A model generated the notes under the pieces. That model did no database searches, was not told where the DNA came from, and saw nothing but the letters and a program-made list of their open reading frames with translations. A stretch of 64,000 nucleotides of DNA from Eledone cirrhosa. Its lineage: Eukaryota. The stretch covers positions 29,574,001 to 29,638,000 of the forward strand of contig OZ024763.1 in the NCBI GenBank assembly GCA_964016885.1, in the 5' to 3' direction. A program made the position numbers and the translations under genes. Below, piece after piece: positions 31,372 to 42,317 of this stretch. Numbering within the stretch: position 1 is the first letter of the stretch; the number at the start of each line of letters is the position of its first letter.

Positions 31372-31472
31372 CACACATACATACATTTTTATACATTATA
31401 TTTTGCTCTGATACTTACATAGAGCACTCTTCATTTCTATGACCTTTTCTGTTTCCAACGGAAATTTCAATA

Positions 31473-31587
<115 letters not shown>

Positions 31588-31689
31588 GAATATTTAAATA
31601 TCACTGTTTCTACTGTTTGGCACAAGGCTAGCAATTACCCAGTGCATTACTGGTATTTATTTTATATATACACACGCACACATACATAC

Positions 31690-31750
<61 letters not shown>

Positions 31751-31751
<1 letters not shown>

Positions 31752-31963
31752 CAAACGAATTGTGCTAAGGAACCAGATGCCCCATAACGCACCAGAGTAC
31801 TCAATACTTAAAGTAGTAGAGTAGGAAATAGGAAAAAGTATGACCCCGACGGCAGAGCTCAAGCCGTTTCGGCGGCTATTTCTGGATTCAAGGCTATTTC
31901 TGAGTCCAGAAATAGCCGTCGAAACGGCTTGAGCTCTACCGTCGGGATCATACTTTTTCCTAT
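31751..31963 (-). mobile_element. Fold-back element family A copy
   Basis: Reverse-complement tail plus inverted arms aggaaaaagtatgaccccgacgg/ccgtcgggatcatactttttcct. Confidence 0.8.
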
Positions 31964-32159
31964 ATATATGAATTAATATTAGAGTAAGAAGCCAGGACTA
32001 TCCATCATCAGTGATCTTCTGGTCACCAGAGGTATTTCTTCGCATTTAAAGATCTTTAATACGAAGAAATACCTGATCACTGATGATGGATAGTCCTGGC
32101 TTCTTACTCTAATATTAATTCATATATATCACATCCGCAACAACGCACCACGCCATTTT

Positions 32160-32256
<97 letters not shown>

Positions 32257-32285
32257 TATATATATATGTATATGAATATTTATAT

Positions 32286-32761
32286 ATTGTTATACTTTGG
32301 GAGGGTCATGTTGCCAATAAGAAACACACGCACTAGGTGCTTTCACTTCAATTTATTATAATAAATTTATAAATTTAGGAATTTATAAAAAAAAAAAAAG
32401 GAAAAAATAAAAAAAAAAAAGATGGCGTAGTACAGAACAAAGGAGAGGCACAAAAAAAAGCAAAGAAAAGAATCCCCAGTCACTGAACAGGTCACAGAAT
32501 GTGTGACGAAAGAACTTTGATAATATATAAACAACCATCTGGTTGTGGAACCAACCAACCAACCGGAAATTTATAAATTCCTAAATTTATAAATTTATTA
32601 TAATAAATTGAAGTCAAGGCGTATGGTGCGTGTGTTTCTAATTGGCAACATGACCCACCCAAAGTATAACAATATCGGTTTCAACACACGTTTTCAGATA
32701 AAGAATCTTGCTAAACAAATTCAGAAACGAAATATTTATATAAATAACTATAATAGATTTT

Positions 32762-32765
<4 letters not shown>
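32286..32765 (+). mobile_element. TA-flanked element with ~100-bp inverted arms (family E; other copies 22294-22560, 45411-45520)
   Basis: gttatactttgggagggtcatgttgccaataagaaacacacgcac at 32289 and its reverse complement at 32625-32670. Confidence 0.75.
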
Positions 32766-32811
<46 letters not shown>

Positions 32812-32834
32812 GACACACACATACACACACACAT

Positions 32835-32865
<31 letters not shown>

Positions 32866-32892
32866 CACACACATATATATATATACATATAT

Positions 32893-33054
32893 AACAAAGA
32901 AGATGTGCTAAGATACCAGGTGGACCATAATGCACCATGATACTCAATACTTGGGGTATTAGAGTGGGTAATAGGAAAAGAGTCAGGACCCCGTTCTAGC
33001 TTTCGGATCTAGCTGTCGAAAGGGCCGGAGCTAAGCCGTTGGGGTCCTGACTAT

Positions 33055-33060
<6 letters not shown>
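32893..33060 (-). mobile_element. Fold-back element family A, diverged copy
   Basis: Tail gtggaccataatgcacca.gatactcaatactt; arms gagtcaggacccc/ggggtcctgacta. Confidence 0.7.
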
Positions 33061-33138
<78 letters not shown>

Positions 33139-33328
33139 GATATTAACAAATGGAAACTATATTTATAAAACCATATTTAATTCATTATACATATTTCAAG
33201 GACACCAAGTTAAATTATGGTGTGCTTTCATCAGATAAAATATAATATAGATCAGTTTTATAAATAAATATAGACATACCCTTAAAGAATGCAACCATTA
33301 CTGTTGGAAGCTCACCGGATAGTCATAT

Positions 33329-33364
<36 letters not shown>

Positions 33365-33490
33365 GATCTTTTGAATATGCATGCCAATTCTAACACATAT
33401 ATGTCCTAGAAACGATCGTTAAATGATGAACTTTTTTTGTTTAATATAAGGAACTGTTTCATTGTTTTATTCATTATTTTTTTAATATTT

Positions 33491-33547
<57 letters not shown>

Positions 33548-33751
33548 GGTTGCACAGGTGGTCACACTCGTATAAACCTGTAAGCATACATGTAAGGCCG
33601 ATATATAAGTTACAATAATAACAAGGATGAATAAGAAGAGGGAGAGGAAGAAGAAGAAACAAAAGCTACAATAACAACAAACAACAGCAACAAGATTAAA
33701 GTTAACGCCGCTCAGAACAACTCCGAACGAACGAACAATTATTTCAACACA

Positions 33752-33794
<43 letters not shown>

Positions 33795-34317
33795 ACAATA
33801 ACAAGTAAATAAACACACTGGTAGTAAGTCTTTTTACATAAGCGAGACATGAAAATAAGAAGAGTTTGTCAAACAAGAATCACATACTACAATAATATAT
33901 CATCCAGCTCTCGTAACATGGCGTCTCATTATAATTAATTGCAACAATTAAGGTGTTCTAAAGAGGAGAGACTAAACTATAAACGCCTACCCTTTTGTTG
34001 TTGCTGCCATTTTTAATTTGTACTTAAATATTTAGGCTGAGGGGGTTGAGTGGTGTGGAGGTAGTGGTTGTGTGATGGGGTTTGTGGTGTAGTGGTTGGT
34101 CGTGAATGTTTTGGTTGTGGTTGTCATTGTGGGTGGTTGGCCGGGGTTGGCTGTGAGTGGGGTGGTGGTGTGGTGGTGCGGAGGGGCTAAATATAATTAT
34201 AACAATGGCCAGCTTGAGAAAACACCACGTTACAAAACACGAGTTAAGTAGGCTGTTTTTGTGTCTATCATACACAAAACTCCAGCACCAACAGTTTTCC
34301 AAGAGATATCAACATGA

Positions 34318-34525
34318 ATGGACCTGTTATTTTTATCTAAAGACATTTTTTTCCACTTCCATCTCGCCCGTCCCCTCATTCTATCTTATTTCTCATCCTT
34401 TATTCTGATGAAGGACTAGCGTCCGAAAGGTTAAGACTCTCTTCCTGCTATTTCAAGCCTTAACCTAATATATCCCTTCCATATACTGTACCGATTGTGT
34501 TGTTATTTCTGTTTACCTTTTACAT
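34318..34525 (+). mobile_element. Penelope-like pLTR remnant, second copy of the 2460-2665 family
   Basis: Colinear homology with 2460-2665, including CTGATGAaggactagcgtccGAAA at 34405. Confidence 0.75.
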
Positions 34526-34619
34526 GCATATATATATATAGAAAGATAGATAGATTTCTTTATTTATTTATATATAGATAGATATATAGATGGATGGATG
34601 GATGGATAGATAGATATAT

Positions 34620-37600
34620 TTCTTTTATTTGCCACTAGGGCATCAAAAGTGGGACAAGTACAAAGGGGGGAGTTTACACAAAAAGGCGTCCTCAATAAGG
34701 AGGAGGCAATAACAAAATATAAAAATAAAATAAGATATAACAAAAAATAAATTTTTACCAAAATCCTCAATAGAGAGGAGGCGCCTTGGGGGGTCGCACA
34801 CACCCCCGAAAAAGGTGTGCAACCCTTCTCCTCAGGAGCACAGAGAAGGGGTGCTCCCTTGGTCTTTCATCTTCCTCACCTATAGTCTGATGTAGAGTGA
34901 AGGCCCATTCACACGGGCCATTCTCGCCACTTTCACCCATCTTTCATAGAAACGGCTGGGGTGCAGCACCTCTCTCTCCATCCTGATCCTTCTTCCGAAA
35001 TGATATCGGAAGAAACGGACCAGTTGTTGGCCAGAGAGAAAGGTGCCCGACCTCAGTCCTTTCAGACGCGTCCACCATACAACCTCTTTCGCCATGGCTA
35101 TTACGCACAGAAACACCGCCTCTGCTTCATCTTTGAAGGGGGGAGGCGGCTTGATCATTACAATAGACTCGGTGGTCAACCGGATCGGTCCCACCCTTGA
35201 CAGCAGTTGTTCGACATAGCCCCACAGATCGGCTACGCCCGAGCAGTGTACTAATGCGTGTGCAACGGTTTCCTCGTCGCACACGCATCTGGGACAGATC
35301 TTTTTGGCGGGGTCCCTACCCGGGCGCCCGTGTCTGTAGAGCCTTTCTCGAACGGGTAAAGCCCCTCGGTAGCACTGCCAGGCCAGGGACTTCTGGAAGT
35401 TGTCCATAGGTCCCGGGCTGAATGTCCTACCGAACAGGCTGGCCAGTTCGTCCTCCTCCATGTCTAGGGCTTCTCCGAGGGCGTCGTCGCACCTGCTGCG
35501 CACCAGCCCTCTATAGAATGTTGCGGTGGAGTCTCCACTGATAACCGGATCCGCCTGCCAGAGGGCGGTGAGCGCCTGGGCACACTCAGTGTGCCAGGCG
35601 CCCAGTTTTCTCGGTCTTTGCTTGACCCAGGATTGCAGCTCGGTGAGTGAGACGAGTCTGGGAAAGGTTCGTCTCACAAACGAGGCCCACACCGGTTGTC
35701 CGGTGAGGAATACGTAGAGGTGCCGTAGCCTTAATGCGTGTTTACGCATCATTAGCCACGGCATCCCCAGCCCTCCTTTCGAAGGGTGTTGACAGCAGAT
35801 GGATCTCCTCACCATAGGAGCCCGCCTCTTCCAAAGGAATTGGAAGAGCGCGCGCTCCATCTTGGTGAGCGTTTCCCTTGGGCAGGGCACTACGGTCAGG
35901 CGGTAGTAGATGACGGACGCTATGTAGGTGTTCGCCACCTCCGCCCGACCTTTCAGGGATAGTTTGCAACTGGCCCACTTCTGGGTCAGTGCAAACACCC
36001 TGTTCGTAACCTCCGCCCAGTTTTTCTCCACCTGGAGGTCCGGTCCGAACCAGACCCCGAGCAACTTCACCGGGCCCTCCGTCCAGCGTCCGACGACGCC
36101 ATCGGAGGGCATCGGTCTGCCCCTCCACGTGCCGAGTTGCAAACCGATCGACTTGTCCCGGTTCAGCTTAGCCCCTGTGAACTTTTCGTACTCCTCCAGT
36201 AAGGTGCCGACCGCCTCGATTTCGGAGGCCGTCGACACCATTACTGTCACGTCATCGGCGTAGGCCGACACCGCTTTCCGCAATCCCGGTTCCAAAGGGA
36301 TGCCCTGCAACAACTCCAACTTCCGCAGTAGTGGCTCGAGAGTCAACACATACAGAAGGGAGGAGAGAGGGCACCCTTGTCGGATGGACCGCGCGATTTT
36401 GAACGGCTCCGAGAGGTAGCCGTTCACCTTGACCCTAGAGCAGATGCGGCTGCTGTGCATAGCAGTGATCCAGCCCCTGAAAACGGGTCCGAAGCCTGCC
36501 GCCGCTAGCACCGCATCCAGGTAACCATGGTCGACCCTATCGAACGCCTTAGATTGATCCAAGTTGATCAGAGCCCCACCAAAGCCGGGTTCGTTCCCAA
36601 CCCTCTCTATGATGTATCGCATGAGGTGGAGGTTGTCATGGATGGACCTGGACGGGATAGCGCATGTCTGCGCATCTCCCACCAGGTTGCCCACGACAAG
36701 CGCCAACCTCTTTGCTAGCACCTTGGCCAAAATCTGTAACTCTGTATTTAGCAGTGTTATGGGCCTGAAGTTACTTATTTCGTCCCCCTTGTTCTCGTCC
36801 TTCCTCACTAGCGTGACTACGCCCTTGGTCACAGTACAGGGAATTCTCCCGTTCTGTTGCCAGTTGCAGTAGACCGCCTCGAGGAGATCGGGGAACAAGT
36901 CCGGCATAGCTAGATATAATTCGTAAGGAAGACCATCGAGACCCGGGGATTTGCGTTTGCCGCATTGGCTCAGCACGTCCTCTATCTCAGCGGCCGAAAT
37001 CGGCTCCTCGCAGGACTTCGCCTCCCTGTCCGAGAGGCGCGGCAGGCCGTCGAGGTATGGACCGAAGTCCACGTTCCCAACCGGCTCACCGCCCCTCCCG
37101 AACAGTCGGGCAAAGTGCCTTTGAAAGGCCTCACACATCTGCTTAGGCTCAAGAATCGCCCGTCCATCCAGGTCTCGCAAAGACCGGATGGTGGATTTAG
37201 TTCCACTGTTGGCCTCTGTCACGCGGGCCCAGCTAACAGCTTTGGTCCCCTCGTTCCCTAGAGCACGTATTTTACTTCGGACAACGCAGCCTTCGTGCTT
37301 CGCGTCGAAAAACTGGCTCAAAGCCGTTCTCGACGCTAGCACTCTGGCCACGTCGCCGCTTCTAATTGCCTCTTCTACTCTATCTATTAGCTCCCTTTCC
37401 TTCCTATTCCTATCCGCAGCTAGAACCTTACTAAATTCTATCGAGACTACTCTAATCTCTCTCTTTAGAGATACCCACCACCTGCTGTTGACGATCGCTC
37501 CAGTCAACCGTTCCTTAACTAACGTACTAATCCGATTCCTGTAGGCTCTACTTGCCGGCAAGGACAAGTTGAGCTTCCAGTAACCGGGGCCCTGTCTATG

Positions 37601-38293
37601 AGTTCTGTCAAGGTTGACCATGCAGGTCACTAATTTGTGGTCTGAATAGCCAACAATGCGCATTTTTGGACAACTTAAAAAGTCCTTATCCTTAATTCTA
37701 ACTAAGAACCTATCTAGGTACGACCTAGATGATCCGCTACGATTTGCCCAAATCCAGGTTGGCGCAGTCGGAAAATCTAGTCGATATCTATCGGCCAGAT
37801 CAAATCGACCGATTATCCCTTTGAGGCTATTACACCCCTCTCTATCGGGGCAGGCCCCTACGTAGTCCCAGCGTGCATCTAGGATACCATTCCAGTCCCC
37901 CACTAATAGCAAGGAGCGGGACGTCCCTAGAAAAGTCTCCAGACGATGGAAGAAGTCCGGCCGCATTGACCCGAAAGGGCCGTAGGCGGCTACCAACCTA
38001 AACGCTCCGCCTTTACCGCTGCCAAGGTCCAGAACCACTAGTCGACCCTACGGGTCCAAATGTACCATCTGTGTTGCGAGACCCAGATGTTTTTGCAGCA
38101 GAACGACAACTCCACCCCCACCTCCGGGCTGACAGAGAGATGCGTGAATCTCAAAGTCATCAAAGGTGGGGGCCAGCTGTCGCACGTTGCTGATCCGGGC
38201 CTCGCAAATAACCATCACATCTATACGTTGTGACCTGAGGTCATTTAGAAGCATTGCTTGCTTCCAAGTTGAGCCCAGGCCACGCGCATTTAA
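34620..38293 (-). mobile_element. Tx1/L1-clade non-LTR retrotransposon, young copy 1; 5'-truncated at the start of ORF2, flanked on both sides by (GATA)n
   Basis: Carries the APE-RT-CCHC ORF2. The 3' UTR ends in AATAAAAGAAAT followed directly by (TATC)n. The 5' end (LNARGL motif) abuts (TATC)n at 38294. Confidence 0.95.
34880..38293 (-). pseudogene. LINE ORF2 (AP endonuclease + reverse transcriptase + C-terminal CCHC zinc finger) with one in-frame stop at 38048-38050
   Basis: ORF 38048..38254 and ORF 34880..38038 are in frame. APE motifs: LNARGL, ICE, AYGP, GDWN, LDR, SDH. RT motifs: KSPGLDG, FRPITLLN, DQSKAFDRV, QGCPLS, YADD, LGV. Zinc finger: CPRC-X8-H-X4-C. Confidence 0.93.
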
Positions 38294-38321
38294 GATAGAT
38301 AGATAGATAGATAGATGGATG

Positions 38322-38364
<43 letters not shown>

Positions 38365-38379
38365 GGATGGATAGATATA

Positions 38380-40992
38380 TTTCTTTTATTTGCCACTAGG
38401 GCATCAAAAGTGGGACAAATACAAAGGGGGGAGTTTACACAAAAAGGCGTCCTCAATAAGGAGGAGGCAATAACAAAATATAAAAATAAAATAAGATATA
38501 ACAAAAAATAAAATTTTTAACAAAATCCTCAATAGAGAGGAGGCGCCTTGGGGGGTCGCACACACCCCCGAAAAAAGTGTGCAACCCTTCTCCTCAGGAG
38601 CACAGAGAAGGGGTGCTCCCTTGGTCTTTCATCTTCCTCACCTATAGTCTGATGTAGAGTGAAGGCCCATTCACACGGGCCATTCTCGCCACTTTCACCC
38701 ATCTTTCATAGAAACGGCTGGGGTGCAGCACCTCTCTCTCCATCCTGATCCTTCTTCCGAAATGATATCGGAAGAAACGGACCAGTTGTTGGCCAGAGAG
38801 AAAGGTGCCCGACCTCAGTCCTTTCAGACGCGTCCACCATACAACCTCTTTCGCCATGGCTATTACGCACAGAAACACCGCCTCTGCTTCATCTTTGAAG
38901 GGGGGAGGCGGCTTGATCATTACAATAGACTCGGTGGTCAACCGGATCGGTCCCACCCTTGACAGCAGTTGTTCGACATAGCCCCACAGATCGGCTACGC
39001 CCGAGCAGTGTACTAATGCGTGTGCAACGGTTTCCTCGTCGCACACGCATCTGGGACAGATCTTTTTGGCGGGGTCCCTACCCGGGCGCCCGTGTCTGTA
39101 GAGCCTTTCTCGAACGGGTAAAGCCCCTCGGTAGCACTGCCAGGCCAGGGACTTCTGGAAGTTGTCCATAGGTCCCGGGCTGAATGTCCTACCGAACAGG
39201 CTGGCCAGTTCGTCCTCCTCCATGTCTAGGGCTTCTCCGAGGGCGTCGTCGCACCTGCTGCGTACCAGCCCTCTATAGAATGTTGCGGTGGAGTCTCCAC
39301 TGACAACCGGATCCGCCTGCCAGAGGGCGGTGAGCGCCTGGGCACACTCAGTGTGCCAGGCGCCCAGTTTTCTCGGTCTTTGCTTGACCCAGGATTGCAG
39401 CTCGGTGAGTGAGACGAGTCTGGGAAAGGTTCGTCTCACAAACGAGGCCCACACCGGTTGTCCGGTGAGGAATACGTAGAGGTGCCGTAGCCTTAATGCG
39501 TGTTTACGCATCATTAGCCACGGCATCCCCAGCCCTCCTTTCGAAGGGTGTTGACAGCAGATGGATCTCCTCACCATAGGAGCCCGCCTCTTCCAAAGGA
39601 ATTGGAAGAGCGCGCGCTCCATCTTGGTGAGGGTTTCCCTTGGGCAGGGCACTACGGTCAGGCGGTAGTAGATGACGGACGCTATGTAGGTGTTCGCCAC
39701 CTCCGCCCGACCTTTCAGGGATAGTTTGCAACTGGCCCACTTCTGGGTCAGTGCAAACACCCTGTTCGTAACCTCCGCCCAGTTTTTCTCCACCTGGAGG
39801 TCCGGTCCGAACCAGACCCCGAGCAACTTCACCGGGCCCTCCGTCCAGCGTCCGACGACGCTATCGGAGGGCATCGGTCTGCCCCTCCACGTGCCGAGTT
39901 GCAAACCGATCGACTTGTCCCGGTTCAGCTTAGCCCCTGTGAACTTTTCGTACTCCTCCAGTAAGGTGCCGACCGCCTCGATTTCGGAGGCCGTCGACAC
40001 CATTACTGTCACGTCATCGGCGTAGGCCGACACCGCTTTCCGCAATCCCGGTTCCAAAGGGATGCCCTGCAACAACTCCAACTTCCGCAGTAGTGGCTCG
40101 AGAGTCAACACATACAGAAGGGAGGAGAGAGGGCACCCTTGTCGGATGGACCGCGCGATTTTGAACGGCTCCGAGAGGTAGCCGTTCACCTTGACCCTAG
40201 AGCAGATGCGGCTGCTGTGCATAGCAGTGATCCAGCCCCTGAAAACGGGTCCGAAGCCTGCCGCCGCTAGCACCGCATCCAGGTAACCATGGTCGACCCT
40301 ATCGAACGCCTTAGATTGATCCAAGTTGATCAGAGCCCCACCAAAGCCGGGTTCGTTCCCAACCCTCTCTATGATGTATCGCATGAGGTGGAGGTTGTCA
40401 TGGATGGACCTGGACGGGATAGCGCATGTCTGCGCATCTCCCACCAGGTTGCCCACGACAAGCGCCAACCTCTTTGCTAGCACCTTGGCCAAAATCTGTA
40501 ACTCTGTATTTAGCAGTGTTATGGGCCTGAAGTTACTTATTTCGTCCCCCTTGTTCTCGTCCTTCCTCACTAGCGTGACTACGCCCTTGGTCACAGTACA
40601 GGGAATTCTCCCGTTCTGTTGCCAGTTGCAGTAGACCGCCTCGAGGAGATCGGGGAACAAGTCCGGCATAGCTAGATATAATTCGTAAGGAAGACCATCG
40701 AGACCCGGGGATTTGCGTTTGCCGCATTGGCTCAGCACGTCCTCTATCTCAGCGGCCGAAATCGGCTCCTCGCAGGACTTCGCCTCCCTGTCCGAGAGGC
40801 GCGGCAGGCCGTCGAGGTATGGACCGAAGTCCACGTTCCCAACCGGTTCCCCGCCCCTCCCGAACAGTCGGGCAAAGTGCCTTTGAAAGGCCTCACACAT
40901 CTGCTTAGGCTCAAGAATCGCCCGTCCATCCAGGTCTCGCAAAGACCGGATGGTGGATTTAGTTCCACTGTTGGCCTCTGTCACGCGGGCCC
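38380..40992 (-). mobile_element. Tx1/L1-clade LINE, young copy 2, 5'-truncated in the EN-RT linker
   Basis: Near-identical to copy 1 and bounded by (GATA)n at 38294-38376 and 40993-41282. Confidence 0.95.
38642..40984 (-). pseudogene. 5'-truncated LINE ORF2 (intact RT + CCHC, no endonuclease)
   Basis: The 780-aa open frame matches copy 1 except for a few residues (PSDG/PSDS, PVISG/PVVSG). Confidence 0.9.
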
Positions 40993-41029
40993 AGATAGAT
41001 AGGTAGATAGATAGATAGATAGATGGATG

Positions 41030-41068
<39 letters not shown>

Positions 41069-41069
41069 G

Positions 41070-41112
<43 letters not shown>

Positions 41113-41117
41113 GGATG

Positions 41118-41152
<35 letters not shown>

Positions 41153-41157
41153 GGATG

Positions 41158-41200
<43 letters not shown>

Positions 41201-41205
41201 GGATG

Positions 41206-41281
<76 letters not shown>

Positions 41282-41282
41282 T

Positions 41283-42229
41283 ATTTCTTTTATTTGCCAC
41301 TAGGGCATCAAAAGTGGGACAAGTACAAAGGGGGGAGTTTACACAAAAAGGCGTCCTCAATAAGGAGAAGGCAATAACAAAATATAAAAATAAAATAAGA
41401 TATAACAAAAAATAAAATTTTTAACAAAATCCTCAATAGAGAGGAGGCGCCTTGGGGGGTCGCACACACCCCCGAAAAAAGTGTGCAACTCTTCTCCTCA
41501 GGAGCACAGAGAAGGGGTGCTCCCTTGGTCTTTTATCTTCCTCACCTATAGTCTGATGTAGAGTGAAGGCCCATTCACACGGGCCATTCTCGCCACTTTC
41601 ACCCATCTTTCATAGAAACGGCTGGGGTGCAGCACCTCTCTCTCCATCCTGATCCTTCTTCCGAAATGATATCGGAAGAAACGGACCAGTTGTTGGCCAG
41701 AGAGAAAGGTGCCTGACCTCAGTCCTTTCAGACGCGTCCACCATACAACCTCTTTCGCCATGGCTATTACGCACAGAAACACCGCCTCTGCTTCATCTTT
41801 GAAGGGGGGAGGCGGCTTGATCATTACAATCGACTCGGTGGTCAACCGGATCGGTCCCACCCTTGACAGCAGTTGTTCGACATAGCCCCACAGATCGGCT
41901 ACGCCCGAGCAGTGTACCAATGCGTGTGCAACGGTTTCCTCGTCGCACACGCATCTGGGACAGATCTTTTTGGCGGGGTCCCTTCCCGGGCGCCCGTGTC
42001 TGTAGAGCCTTTCTCGAACGGGTAAAGCCCCTCGGTAGCACTGCCAGGCCAGGGACTTCTGGAAGTTGTCCATAGGTCCCGGGCTGAATGTCCTACCGAA
42101 CAGGCTGGCCAGTTCGTCCTCCTCCATGTCTAGGGCTTCTCCGAGGGCGTCGTCGCACCTGCTGCGTACCAGCCCTCTATAGAATGTTGCGGTGGAGTCT
42201 CCACTGATAACCGGATCCGCCTGCCAGAG

Positions 42230-42230
<1 letters not shown>
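41283..42230 (-). mobile_element. Tx1/L1-clade LINE, young copy 3 (3' ~950 bp: CCHC region + 3' UTR)
   Basis: Same C-terminus and 3' UTR as copies 1 and 2. The 5' end abuts (GATA)n at 42230. Confidence 0.95.
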
Positions 42231-42268
<38 letters not shown>

Positions 42269-42317
42269 GGATGGATGGAGTGATGGATGTGTGTGTGTTT
42301 GTCGTATATATATATAT

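Noticed and set aside
34961-41002. Short antisense and alternate-frame ORFs within the LINEs
   Set aside because: They are shadows of the GC-rich ORF2, duplicated only because the element is duplicated.
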